64,000 bases of DNA from Acidimicrobiales bacterium (GTDB lineage Bacteria > Actinomycetota > Acidimicrobiia > Acidimicrobiales > Bog-793), in contig JBEKLQ010000005.1 in assembly GCA_050010115.1 (NCBI GenBank), positions 13,895 through 77,894 of the forward strand, written 5' to 3'. Below the pieces are notes generated by a model that ran no database searches, was not told the origin of the DNA, and worked only from the letters and a program-made list of their open reading frames with translations. The translations under genes were made by a program, and so were the position numbers. Position 1 is the first letter of the stretch, and each line of letters starts with the position of its first letter. Below, piece after piece: positions 54,955-63,595 of this stretch.

Positions 54955-56680
54955 TGACATGCTTATTAGAACCCACGCCCAAAAGAACGTGGGCAAGTCC
55001 GGCGGTGGACAACCGGTCATCCTCGGCGGCTTTAGCCTCGGCGGCTTCACGTAGGTACGCCTGCGCCACATCTCGTGCCTCCAGCAGTTCGTCGAACGGA
55101 GGCCGAAAGACGGCCTCGTCGACCTGATCCTGGTGAACGTACAGCTTCTCGAAGATCGCCAGATTCATCTGCCTCCGCTGCTCCGGTGACAGCTTCCGGT
55201 AGAGCTTCTGTGGATCATCCAGCAGCCTCAGGGCTTTCTCCATCAGCGCAACTCCGATCTGAAGTCGATCGCTACTGTCCGCGAGTTTCGCTGCCGCCTG
55301 AGCCCTCTTGAACTGGACGTCCGCCATCCGCCGCTTCACCTTGTCCACAGCCAGCTTCCCATCTGCTGCCAGCTCGATCAGATTCTCCTCCTGGATGTTC
55401 AGCTGGTCGATCTCGGCCTTCAACTGCTTGTTGAGCAGTCTGGTGACCTTCTTTTCCTCGTTCATCGCGTCAGTCATCGCCTTCCGGAGACGATCGGCCA
55501 GGTCTGCCGGAAAGCGGATGGTGGCGTAGAAGTTTTCAACAGCGGCCTCGACGGCATCGCCGTCGGAGTACCGAGAGTCGCACAGGTGCTGCTGCTTGCG
55601 GACGCAGAAGAAGTAGAGGTAGCGGCCTCCACGTCCGTTCGCCCATTGAAGGATCATGCGGGATTCGTCGCCACGGTCGTGGCAGTGCCCGCACCACAGC
55701 GCGCCTTTGAGGTAGTGATGGTGCCGACGCCGACGCTCGCCCCGACCGCCTCTCCCGTCAAGAACCGCCTGCACACGGTCGAACAACTCCTGGCTGATGA
55801 GAGGCTCGTGACGCCCTTTGATCAACTCGCCCTTGTAGGTCACGTAGCCGAGGTAGTAGGGGTCACGAAGCAAGACCGCCAGCTTCGTGGTGGAGACCGG
55901 CCCTGCAGGGTGACGCCCAGATGGCCGCGTCCTCAGTCCTCGCAGCGATAGCTCTTCCGCCAAGGTCTCCAAGTTGAAGTCGCCGGTGGCGTACAGCTCG
56001 AACGCGGACACCATGAATGGCGCACGTTCGGGGTCGACCTCCACGATCCCGATGTTGCGACCCTCAGACATGTCGCGGGCGTTGAGGTAGCCGAGGCGTG
56101 CCCGTCCGATCGTGCCGCCGTTCTTAGCCTTGGCGCCCATCTTGTAGGCGATGTCGGCGCCGTCGGCCTTGACTCGGTACTCGTCGACGGCATGCAGGAT
56201 CATCTCCACCATCTGACTCTCCGGAGTGTCGCCGAGGTCCATGGCAGTCGAGACGATCCGGACACCGAGCTTGGTGAGCTGCTGCTTGGTGATGGCAGCG
56301 TCGATGGTGCTTCGGAACAGTCGATTGAAGTGGTAGACGACGAGGTAGTCGACGCTGTTTCGGTTTGCCTTGAGCCAGGCCAACATCTCCTGGAACACGG
56401 GCCTGTTCTCGATAGACGTGGCGCTCCGGCCCGGCTCGACGAACTCGTGCGCGATCTCGGCTCCGAGGGCGGCGCACTTGATCTGGCAAGCGTCACGCTG
56501 TGCGGGAAGCGAGATGCCCTCCGGGTTGTAGTCCGTGTGAACCTGTGATGGTGAGCTGACGCGCAGGTAGATCACTGCTCGATGAAGTCCTACCTCGGTT
56601 GCGTTCTCCCGAGGCGGTGCTTCCCGGGCATAACCGCGCTTCACCACCGTTGGTTCTGCGGTGGCTGTCGCGTTCGTCAT
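54911..56680 (-). CDS. large serine recombinase (integrase)
   Basis: Resolvase catalytic domain with VIYLRVSSPSQ, a recombinase domain, a zinc ribbon (ALWCGHCHD ... YFFCVRKQQHLC) and a long coiled coil. The last 14 codons are antisense to the tRNA. Confidence 0.9.
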   Translation of the reverse strand: MTNATATAEPTVVKRGYAREAPPRENATEVGLHRAVIYLRVSSPSQVHTDYNPEGISLPAQRDACQIKCAALGAEIAHEFVEPGRSATSIENRPVFQEMLAWLKANRNSVDYLVVYHFNRLFRSTIDAAITKQQLTKLGVRIVSTAMDLGDTPESQMVEMILHAVDEYRVKADGADIAYKMGAKAKNGGTIGRARLGYLNARDMSEGRNIGIVEVDPERAPFMVSAFELYATGDFNLETLAEELSLRGLRTRPSGRHPAGPVSTTKLAVLLRDPYYLGYVTYKGELIKGRHEPLISQELFDRVQAVLDGRGGRGERRRRHHHYLKGALWCGHCHDRGDESRMILQWANGRGGRYLYFFCVRKQQHLCDSRYSDGDAVEAAVENFYATIRFPADLADRLRKAMTDAMNEEKKVTRLLNKQLKAEIDQLNIQEENLIELAADGKLAVDKVKRRMADVQFKRAQAAAKLADSSDRLQIGVALMEKALRLLDDPQKLYRKLSPEQRRQMNLAIFEKLYVHQDQVDEAVFRPPFDELLEARDVAQAYLREAAEAKAAEDDRLSTAGLAHVLLGVGSNKHVMVGAEGLEPPTCSL

Positions 56681-56690
56681 GTCGTCCTCC

Positions 56691-57341
56691 TTAAGTGTTG
56701 AGTGGGGCGGCGAACACCGGGCTCGCAGCGCGTTGGTAGAGATTCGTGCGTGCCGATCGGATCGCCCGGATCGGCCAATCGGATGTCGGTCGCCCGCAGC
56801 GAGGCAGCGGATCAGTCATGCCGATCTGGTTGAGTCGGACCTGCATAGCCGCCTGAGAAACGTCGAAGCGTCGGGCAAGAGTCGGGAGGTGCTGGAGTCC
56901 GTTGGCGTACGTCGACTTCAGCCAGGGGCGGGGCATCAACAGGCAGCCAGCGAAGTAGTCGCAGATTTGCTCCACGAGTACTTGACGGTCGGCGGTCGGG
57001 AACGAGCCGTAGATGAGGTCGGCGAATCGGTGATCGAGAATGTGCTTCAACTCATGGGCTGAGCTGAAGCGTTGGCGAACCCGAGGCTCGGCCCCGTTCA
57101 GAACCACCAACCAGCGGCCGGACGACCAGTGAGTGGCGCCGGACACTGGGAAAGGACTCATCCGCTCGATCTGCACGCGTGGCAGTTCAGCGATAACTCG
57201 CTCGGGGACCGGCGCTTCGGTCACGCCGACGATCTTCAAGAAGCGGTTGGCTTGTAGCTCGGCGATGCGCAGATGCTCGCTGTAGCTGAGTGGCCGCAGC
57301 GGTACGAGATCACGGACACTGGCGATGACTCCGCGGTTCAT
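56691..57341 (-). CDS. ImmA/IrrE-family zinc metallopeptidase
   Basis: HExxH in SSAHELKHILDH. ATGA overlap with the upstream XRE gene. 216 aa. Confidence 0.85.
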   Translation of the reverse strand: MNRGVIASVRDLVPLRPLSYSEHLRIAELQANRFLKIVGVTEAPVPERVIAELPRVQIERMSPFPVSGATHWSSGRWLVVLNGAEPRVRQRFSSAHELKHILDHRFADLIYGSFPTADRQVLVEQICDYFAGCLLMPRPWLKSTYANGLQHLPTLARRFDVSQAAMQVRLNQIGMTDPLPRCGRPTSDWPIRAIRSARTNLYQRAASPVFAAPLNT

Positions 57342-57754
57342 ACCGCCTCCTTCGAGGAGTCGGATACCTCGGCCTTCGGCTTGGGTGGGAAGACCGGCTG
57401 GTCCTTCGGCACTCCGTAATAGTTGCGCAGCAGTTCGAAGTAGCGCTCCAGGTCGGCAATGGCTTCGGGTGGCAGGTCGTACTTGGCACGCAGGTACGGC
57501 TGGAAGCTCGGCAGGCGCTCCGGAATGTCGTAGCCAGCCAGGCCGTAGAGGTCCTCGACCGCCACGCCGAGCACGCCGGCGATCGTGCTCAGATGCTGCG
57601 GAGCGGGGTTGCTGTAGTGACCGTTCTCAAGCTTGTTCCAGTATGAGGGATCGAGGTCCGACGCCTCAGCGGCATCGCTCAACGACAGTCCCATGGACGA
57701 TCGTCGCGACCTGATGTAGTCGCCCAATGTTTGATTTCCATCCCCTTTGGCCAT
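57338..57754 (-). CDS. XRE-family helix-turn-helix repressor
   Basis: TLGDYIRSRRSSMGLSLSDAAEASDLDPSYWNKLENG is a Cro/C1-type HTH. A strong RBS (AAGGAGGTGAG) precedes the ATG. Confidence 0.85.
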   Translation of the reverse strand: MAKGDGNQTLGDYIRSRRSSMGLSLSDAAEASDLDPSYWNKLENGHYSNPAPQHLSTIAGVLGVAVEDLYGLAGYDIPERLPSFQPYLRAKYDLPPEAIADLERYFELLRNYYGVPKDQPVFPPKPKAEVSDSSKEAV

Positions 57755-57779
57755 TTCTCACCTCCTTTTCCTTACCTTC

Positions 57780-57824
57780 ATTTTCTCAAAATCCTTGACG
57801 ATCGTCAATCCGTATTATTGACAA
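57780..57824 (-). promoter_or_regulatory. promoter with embedded palindromic operator for the XRE-ImmA-integrase operon
   Basis: Read on the minus strand: -35 TTGACG (57803-57808), a 17-nt spacer, -10 GAAAAT (57780-57785). The -35 is the left half of the perfect palindrome TTGACGATCGTCAA (57795-57808). An extra half-site TTGACAA lies at 57818-57824. Confidence 0.45.
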
Positions 57825-57878
57825 CACCCCGCCTGATCAGGTCTTTTAGTTATGATCCTTGTTGATACATGGTGTATA

Positions 57879-57936
57879 GGCAGGGACAATCCGAATCGTG
57901 ATGTGAGACATCACAGACTCAAGGATTGCCCCTGCC
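57879..57936. terminator. long three-segment hairpin separating the upstream operon from the regulatory/integration module
   Basis: GGCAGGG-a-CAATCC-gaatc-GTGATGT-gag-ACATCAC-agactcaa-GGATTG-c-CCCTGCC. It begins about 20 nt downstream of the RHH gene stop. No U-tract. Confidence 0.35.
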
Positions 57937-57954
57937 GAGTTGGGAGTTGATTGC

Positions 57955-58302
57955 TCAGCTGCTCGCTGGCTCACCTCCCTTTGAGCGGCTGGACCGGCTT
58001 GGGGGTTTGAAGCCCATCGGCTCAGCCACGCCCCTCGACTTGTCGGTCGTGGGCTCTTTCGGCGCGTTCTCGCTCGACCCGAACAGGGTGGCGAGCGCTT
58101 CGCGCCGGGCAGCGGCATCCCGCTCGATCTCTTCGAGCATGGCTTCCGCCCGGTCCGTCAGCTGCGGCTGGTGACGCTTCGTTTCGATGAGCTCCTCGAT
58201 CGCTTGCTTGATGAGCGCGGTCACGGGTTGTCCTTCGAGCTGGGCGATAGCCGTCAGCTGAGCATGACTGCCGTCCTCCAACTTGATTGCGAGGGTCTTC
58301 AC
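57955..58302 (-). CDS. ribbon-helix-helix-like small protein with a disordered basic tail
   Basis: GTG at 58302 is preceded by AAGGAGG. The N-terminus VKTLAIKLEDGSHAQLTAIAQLEGQPVTALIKQAIEELI has a beta-alpha-alpha RHH pattern. 115 aa. Confidence 0.5.
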   Translation of the reverse strand: MKTLAIKLEDGSHAQLTAIAQLEGQPVTALIKQAIEELIETKRHQPQLTDRAEAMLEEIERDAAARREALATLFGSSENAPKEPTTDKSRGVAEPMGFKPPSRSSRSKGGEPASS

Positions 58303-58441
58303 AGAATCCCTCCTTGGTGGACAGCTTCGAGTACAGCAACATGACTCATGGTCACGTCCTCCTCGGTGTGGTGCGGCCGGCGATCCCCGGTTGGAATCTC
58401 CTTCGGTTGAAGCCGCAGGCCACCGACGAGTGGCTTGAGGA

Positions 58442-59032
58442 TCACGGTGGGTGGAACAGGAACACACCGCCCTCTGTCTCCACCGACAGCAGCGAGCCCT
58501 CGAACTCCATATCCCGGGCCAGGGCCTCGGTGTCGACCCGTACGTAGTCACGGAGATAGCCGGGAACAGCGTCATCGAGGATGCGATCGATGCCGGCGTC
58601 CTCCAGGAACTCCTCGACGCAATCGACCGCCGACTCCCACTGCCCGCTGTAGCAGTCCTCGAACTGATCCAGGAGCTCGTCCTCACCCCCGAGGAAGTTG
58701 GCGAACGCGGCAAACGCTTCACCATGCTCGCCGATACCTCGCCCCAGGCGGCTGATCCGCTCGACTGTCTCGTACTCCGACAGCCGTAGTGGCCCGAAGC
58801 CCTCGTAGTCGAAGACGGCCCACTCCTCGGCACCAGGCTCCTTCGAAGAGCGCAGCACTTCGTTGATCCCAGCCCAGATGTCGTCCGGCTCCTGATCAGC
58901 CTCGACCCAGGCACCGTGGAGATGGCCGGCGTTGTAGTCGCTGAGGCTGGCGATCCAGACCTTCGGACTGTCCTTCGGTTCCTGCTCACGGCTCGCTGGT
59001 TCCTGTTCTCGTTGTTGTTCTCCCTCGCTCAC
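58442..59032 (-). CDS. ardA: ArdA-family anti-restriction protein (DNA mimic)
   Basis: [29 protein letters not shown] and the C-terminal [31 protein letters not shown] parallel the Tn916 ArdA pattern. Highly acidic. The GTG start overlaps the methylase stop. Confidence 0.85.
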   Translation of the reverse strand: MSEGEQQREQEPASREQEPKDSPKVWIASLSDYNAGHLHGAWVEADQEPDDIWAGINEVLRSSKEPGAEEWAVFDYEGFGPLRLSEYETVERISRLGRGIGEHGEAFAAFANFLGGEDELLDQFEDCYSGQWESAVDCVEEFLEDAGIDRILDDAVPGYLRDYVRVDTEALARDMEFEGSLLSVETEGGVFLFHPP

Positions 59033-60108
59033 TTGTCGTTCCTCCTTTGCTTGTTGTTCATCACCTCCTCCCGTCTGGCTCGCTCCGCATGAATGCGTTC
59101 CATCGCCATCTCCACGTAGTCCGGCTTCAACTCGATCCCTAACCAGTCCCGGCCGAGGCGCTCAGCGACGATGGCCGTTGTTCCCGATCCCATGAACGGG
59201 TCCAGCACCAGTCCCGGTCGCCAAGCACCCTTGCAGCGACAACTCGGCTGCAACCGATGCTCGGTCCGGTACCACGGAGAACCGCAGGAGACACAGACCC
59301 GCTCCGGGCAGGTGGCCTTGAGAGGACGCTCGATCAAGGCGGTCGGGAAGGTGGCGAAGTGCTGTCCGACAAACTTGGCGGTCGCCACTCGCCAGACGTC
59401 GCCAGGGTTCTTGCCGCGGGGGTGACCGCTGCGGCCTTCCGCTCTGGCCCTCAACAACCCGTCATTGCTTCCGGCGAGTGGTCCCGCCCATGGAGGGCGC
59501 TTGCCGCCGTCGTACTTGTTGCCGACCGGTGGCGTGGTTATCGGAGACCTCTTCGAACGATGCGGTTCGCGGATCGAGTCCAGGTCGAAGAACGGGCGAG
59601 GTGAGCGCACCAGCAGGAAGATCGGCTCCCAAGTGGTGTTGAGACGGTCGGTCACGCTGGCCGGCATCGGGTTCGGCTTGAACCACACTACTTTGTTGCG
59701 CACGATCCAGCCTCGGGCCGACAAAGCTGTCACCAACCGCTCGGGACCCAACAAGAAAGACTTCGGTGGCGCGCCGAAGCGAGGGTGTCGGCTGTAGCTG
59801 TCGCCTAGGTTCAGCCACAAGCTGCCGGTTCCCTTCATCACACGTGCCAGCTCGTCGCAGACGGCTACGAGGTGCTCGACCCAGTCCGAGACGGTCGACT
59901 CCATGCCCATCTGACCGTCGATCTGATAGTCCCGTAGTCGGAAGTAGGCCGGGCTGGTCAGGACTACGTCGATGCTCGACGACGGCAGTTGACGAAGCAC
60001 GGTCAACGCGTCCCCGGTGATGATTTCGCCCCTAGGGATGTTGCCCCAGGCGGGAGTGCGGCGGCGGCAGTAGCCGTGGGAAAGCGTTGCTGATGTCAGT
60101 TGGTTCAT
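59029..60108 (-). CDS. N4/N6 DNA methyltransferase (beta class), no cognate endonuclease seen
   Basis: A motif IV variant [10 protein letters not shown] precedes motif [27 protein letters not shown] Cys cluster [13 protein letters not shown] ... CRC lies between them. Confidence 0.85.
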   Translation of the reverse strand: MNQLTSATLSHGYCRRRTPAWGNIPRGEIITGDALTVLRQLPSSSIDVVLTSPAYFRLRDYQIDGQMGMESTVSDWVEHLVAVCDELARVMKGTGSLWLNLGDSYSRHPRFGAPPKSFLLGPERLVTALSARGWIVRNKVVWFKPNPMPASVTDRLNTTWEPIFLLVRSPRPFFDLDSIREPHRSKRSPITTPPVGNKYDGGKRPPWAGPLAGSNDGLLRARAEGRSGHPRGKNPGDVWRVATAKFVGQHFATFPTALIERPLKATCPERVCVSCGSPWYRTEHRLQPSCRCKGAWRPGLVLDPFMGSGTTAIVAERLGRDWLGIELKPDYVEMAMERIHAERARREEVMNNKQRRNDK

Positions 60109-60932
60109 GAGGTCACCTCCTTCGGGACGTTGTTGATGAGTTCTCCCGAGGCCATCGATCGGACGGCCGAGTCGGCTGTTGTTACCTGGAAGAGTCGAGA
60201 GTGCTCGGCGGGAAGTTGAGAGAGAGCGTCAAGAAGCTGAGCCTTGCGGTTGCCGTCGGGAACAACGAAGAGGACGGTCGGGAAGACACCTTCGGAGCTT
60301 TGCTCGCGGCCCGATTGCCAGTAGCGGCAGTAGGTCTTGGTCTTGGCGACGATGATGGTCATCGGTTCGGTGCCGCGGTCGAGTTCGATGAACCAGCTGT
60401 CGAGGTAGTCGGCGGTGGCGGTGGCGACAAAGGCGTCAGGCTTGAGCACGAGCGGTGCTCCCCCCGGTCCGTGGAAGAACCGCCAGCACCTTGGCTCAGC
60501 GTCGAAGCGTTCCAGTTCGATAGTCCCGAGGCGCTCGAGCTCCCGTAGTTGGACGTACACCTCGCTGACCGCAAGGGCGTGACGAAGGTGATGGCTGTCC
60601 GGAGTCCAAGGCTCCCACTGACGCCGCTGAGCGGGATTGAGGAGGCGCTTACCGGCCACGTCCAAGGCGTAGGTCCAGCCCTCTGATCCGGCACGACGAC
60701 CACCGATGCTCCGGCCGAGACGAGCGATCACGCGTCGTTCCACGAGGTTGGTGAAGTCGTGCCTAGCCATGCGTCGCCCGGTGTCCGAGTCGTCGTAGTG
60801 CAGTCGTCGGAGCTGTTGGCCAGAGGCCACGTTAAGTCGTCCGACGTCGTTCAGGAGTGACCACTCGATAGGACGGAGCTGTGCTCTGAGGGCTGTTAGC
60901 CGAGCAGTGGTGACGTATGTCCGCTTGCTCAC
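60105..60932 (-). CDS. replication-relaxation family protein
   Basis: A winged-helix-like N-terminus ([21 protein letters not shown]) and PDAFV ... [10 protein letters not shown] motifs, characteristic of the Replic_Relax family. The GTG at 60932 is preferred; the ATG at 61031 would add 33 low-GC codons. Confidence 0.65.
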   Translation of the reverse strand: MSKRTYVTTARLTALRAQLRPIEWSLLNDVGRLNVASGQQLRRLHYDDSDTGRRMARHDFTNLVERRVIARLGRSIGGRRAGSEGWTYALDVAGKRLLNPAQRRQWEPWTPDSHHLRHALAVSEVYVQLRELERLGTIELERFDAEPRCWRFFHGPGGAPLVLKPDAFVATATADYLDSWFIELDRGTEPMTIIVAKTKTYCRYWQSGREQSSEGVFPTVLFVVPDGNRKAQLLDALSQLPAEHSRLFQVTTADSAVRSMASGELINNVPKEVTS

Positions 60933-61056
60933 GAGAGCTTCCCCGTTAACCAGATTTTGTATAGGAGATTCGTTCGCGAATCTGATCGCTCTGACAGCTC
61001 TGAGCAGGTAGAACGTAAGTGGCGACTCCACCCGACCGGAGAAGTGAAAGCGGCCA

Positions 61057-63228
61057 TCACGAGCCGCCTCCGTGGCGCTGACGGCGACCTGTTGGGGCGT
61101 CTACCCGAGCGTGTTGGCGGCTGCGAAGTTGCTTCTCGACCTCACCCCGAGCGACACCGTACTGCTCCCGGGAGGACGCCCGAACGTCGTCGGCTGACCC
61201 AGTCGCTTCGCCCATCGGGCGTGTCCTGGCGGTGGCTACCGGCTGAGTGGTACCTGCGGCGAAGAGTTGTGCAGCCACCTCGTAGGCGCCGAGCCCTTGG
61301 AGGTCGTCGGCCGTGAGAACGCCGCCCAACTCCCGAGCGATCAGACGGGCATCACCGGCGGGCAGCTGGAACACGACCTTGGATCGGGCGTTGGCCAGCA
61401 CGGCATGTTGGGCTTCTGCTGGGAGCTGCCCAAGATGTTGGTGAGCGAGCACCATGCCTAGCCCGAGTCCCCGCGCTTCGGCCAGCACCGAGGCCATCGG
61501 TGTCGGCAGGTGCAGGAAGTTCTGCCACTCGTCGAGGTAGGCCATCACCGGGCGTCGGTTGTCCGAATGCTGAGCAGCTCGGCCCTGCGTGGCGTTCCAC
61601 AGCTCGGCCACCACCAAGGCTCCGAGCAAAGCGGCGGCTTCATCGCCGAGCAGACCGGAGGCCAGCGAGACGAGCAGCACCTTGCCGTCCTCCAGAACGT
61701 CGCGCAGGTTCAGCTTCGGCTGACTTTGGCCGATGATGTTCCGGACCCGCGGACGCATGATAAAGGCACGGACCTTGTTGAGCACAGGCCCGACAGCCAT
61801 GGCGCGCTCGGGGTCGCTGAGTGCCTCATACCAACCCCAGAAACTCTCTAGACCCACCGGGTCGTCAAGGCCACCCACCAAGCGGCGCCGGTAGCCAGGG
61901 TCGGTGAGGATCAGCGGCACCTCGCAGAGCGTCGTGCCTTTCGATGTGGCCAATGTGAGCAGAGCGGCGCGCAGGATGTCATCGAGCCGCGGTCCCCAGG
62001 AGTGGCGGTACAAGCTCTTGAATAGTCCAACCAGATTCTCGACGACAACCTCGGCATGGTCGACGTCGACGGATTCGAGGGGATTGAGGCCCACCGGTCG
62101 ACTGGTGTCCGCTGGATCGAGAACGATCACGTCAGCGCGGCGCTTTGGCGGCATCCGCTCCAGGACCGACTGCACCAAGTCACCTTTCGGGTCGAGTAGA
62201 ACAACGCCCCGACCAGCCTCCAGGTCCTGCACGGCCATGTTCACCAGTAGCGTGCTCTTACCAGTTCCGGTAGGTCCGAGTACCTGGACATGACGCAGAC
62301 GAGCTTGGGTATCGAGCGCCAACGGCCGTGGATCACCCGGGAAGTTGCTGTCGCCGATCGCCGTGCCCGTCCTCGGGATCGCCGGCGAGGCCGCCACCAG
62401 GCGGCAACCACCGAGGGCCAGGCCAGGCACAGCCACTGCCTCGATCGGCCACCTGATTAGGCCTGAAAGTTCTTGACTGTTGAAGGTGGCGGGCCACGAG
62501 ACGAGCGGCGCTCGGCGTTCGATCATCCGTTTCGCGACGGCGGCCTCCGAAGCCGTGCGCCTCCCGAGATGCACTCCGGGCGCTCGGCTCTCATGCCAAG
62601 CGGTCTCGACATCACGCAGCAACCTTCGAGCACGTCGCACGTCGTCACTGGCGACTCCGATGCGCGGCACCGTCAGGAGCAGGGGATGGGACTGCTTCTC
62701 CTTCAGGGCCGACACCGCTTCGGCGCTCTGCAGCAGATTTGGATCGAGGAGCTGGAACTGTCCCTGTTGTTGCGTACTGGCCGGGCGGAGCAGCTTGGCG
62801 TTCATACTGCTGGATTCCATCCTCACCGACCGACGGTGGTCGCTGAGCTTGTATTCCGCGCCGATGGTCAGAACGGCGAACGGCAAGTCGACGGACTCGT
62901 AGCGCACCGACGGTAACGAGGCTTGGAGCGTGCCTTCCACGGCCGATGCCCAGCCGGCGGGTGCCAGCAAGAAGTGACTGATGCCGGAGGACGAGGCGTG
63001 AACCTCAAGACTGACGTAAGGGCTAGCCAACCAGCGCTTCCACCACGGTAGGAGTAGTCCGGAGAGTCCGCCCAGGAAGGCCTCCACGCCTTCTGGTTCG
63101 AGCCCTCGTGGGAACTTCAGCTGATAAGCCACCAGCGATCGCCGCTGACGGGTGGACTCGGCGGCGCGCATCAGAAGAAGGGACACGGCCAAGGCGACCA
63201 GCTCGACCCCGAGCAGCGCGGCGCTCAC
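61057..63228 (-). CDS. type IV coupling protein-like / TraD-TraG-family DNA-translocating ATPase
   Basis: N-terminal TM region, Walker A VLGPTGTGKSTLL and Walker B VMAYLDEWQNF. 723 aa. The GTG start overlaps the upstream stop. Confidence 0.75.
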   Translation of the reverse strand: MSAALLGVELVALAVSLLLMRAAESTRQRRSLVAYQLKFPRGLEPEGVEAFLGGLSGLLLPWWKRWLASPYVSLEVHASSSGISHFLLAPAGWASAVEGTLQASLPSVRYESVDLPFAVLTIGAEYKLSDHRRSVRMESSSMNAKLLRPASTQQQGQFQLLDPNLLQSAEAVSALKEKQSHPLLLTVPRIGVASDDVRRARRLLRDVETAWHESRAPGVHLGRRTASEAAVAKRMIERRAPLVSWPATFNSQELSGLIRWPIEAVAVPGLALGGCRLVAASPAIPRTGTAIGDSNFPGDPRPLALDTQARLRHVQVLGPTGTGKSTLLVNMAVQDLEAGRGVVLLDPKGDLVQSVLERMPPKRRADVIVLDPADTSRPVGLNPLESVDVDHAEVVVENLVGLFKSLYRHSWGPRLDDILRAALLTLATSKGTTLCEVPLILTDPGYRRRLVGGLDDPVGLESFWGWYEALSDPERAMAVGPVLNKVRAFIMRPRVRNIIGQSQPKLNLRDVLEDGKVLLVSLASGLLGDEAAALLGALVVAELWNATQGRAAQHSDNRRPVMAYLDEWQNFLHLPTPMASVLAEARGLGLGMVLAHQHLGQLPAEAQHAVLANARSKVVFQLPAGDARLIARELGGVLTADDLQGLGAYEVAAQLFAAGTTQPVATARTRPMGEATGSADDVRASSREQYGVARGEVEKQLRSRQHARVDAPTGRRQRHGGGS

Positions 63229-63479
63229 GCTGCTCCCTCGTTTTCGCGTGGCTCGGCGTCTCGGCCGGAGTCAGCAGTCCGTCTTGTGCTGCGCTTCGAC
63301 TTGTGCGTTCTCTTGCTTTCGGGAAGTTGGGCCGCCAACTCAAGGAGGGCCAGAGCCAACCGTTCAATGTCGATTCCATCGGCTCGCGGGCGAGCAGTGA
63401 CTCTGATGATCTGGTCTGGCACCTGGCACCTCCTTTGTTCGTTGATTAGAAGATCAGTGGTCGTGTTGACCACGGTCAT
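63225..63479 (-). CDS. hypothetical 84-aa protein, first gene of the transfer/anti-restriction operon
   Basis: Its stop overlaps the GTG of the T4CP-like gene (GTGA), which supports translation. No recognisable motif. Confidence 0.45.
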   Translation of the reverse strand: MTVVNTTTDLLINEQRRCQVPDQIIRVTARPRADGIDIERLALALLELAAQLPESKRTHKSKRSTRRTADSGRDAEPRENEGAA

Positions 63480-63542
63480 GGAGAGGGGACGGCAGCTCAG
63501 CGCCAGATCGGCAGTTGCTGTCGGCCACCGCCCCTCTCCTCC

Positions 63543-63571
63543 GATATCTCAGGTCCATTGACGATTGTCAA
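63543..63571 (-). promoter_or_regulatory. promoter with embedded palindromic operator for the transfer/anti-restriction operon
   Basis: Read on the minus strand: -35 TTGACA (63566-63571), a 17-nt spacer, -10 GATATC (63543-63548). The -35 is the left half of TTGACAATCGTCAA (63558-63571). This is the same operator type as at 57795-57808. Confidence 0.4.
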
Positions 63572-63595
63572 TAGCAATGTGCAGTCAGACTGCCA

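Noticed and set aside
58303-58350. 16-codon micro-ORF (MSHVAVLEAVHQGGIL) with a GAGGAGG RBS, overlapping the RHH start (GTGA)
   Set aside because: It is too short to evaluate from sequence alone. The RBS-like purine run may belong to the leader of the RHH gene.
57955-58989. 344-aa minus-strand ORF spanning the RHH gene and overlapping ardA
   Set aside because: Only its last 115 codons, from the GTG at 58302 with a strong RBS, look like a real protein. The upstream part is off-frame to a convincing ArdA and is Ser/Arg-rich.
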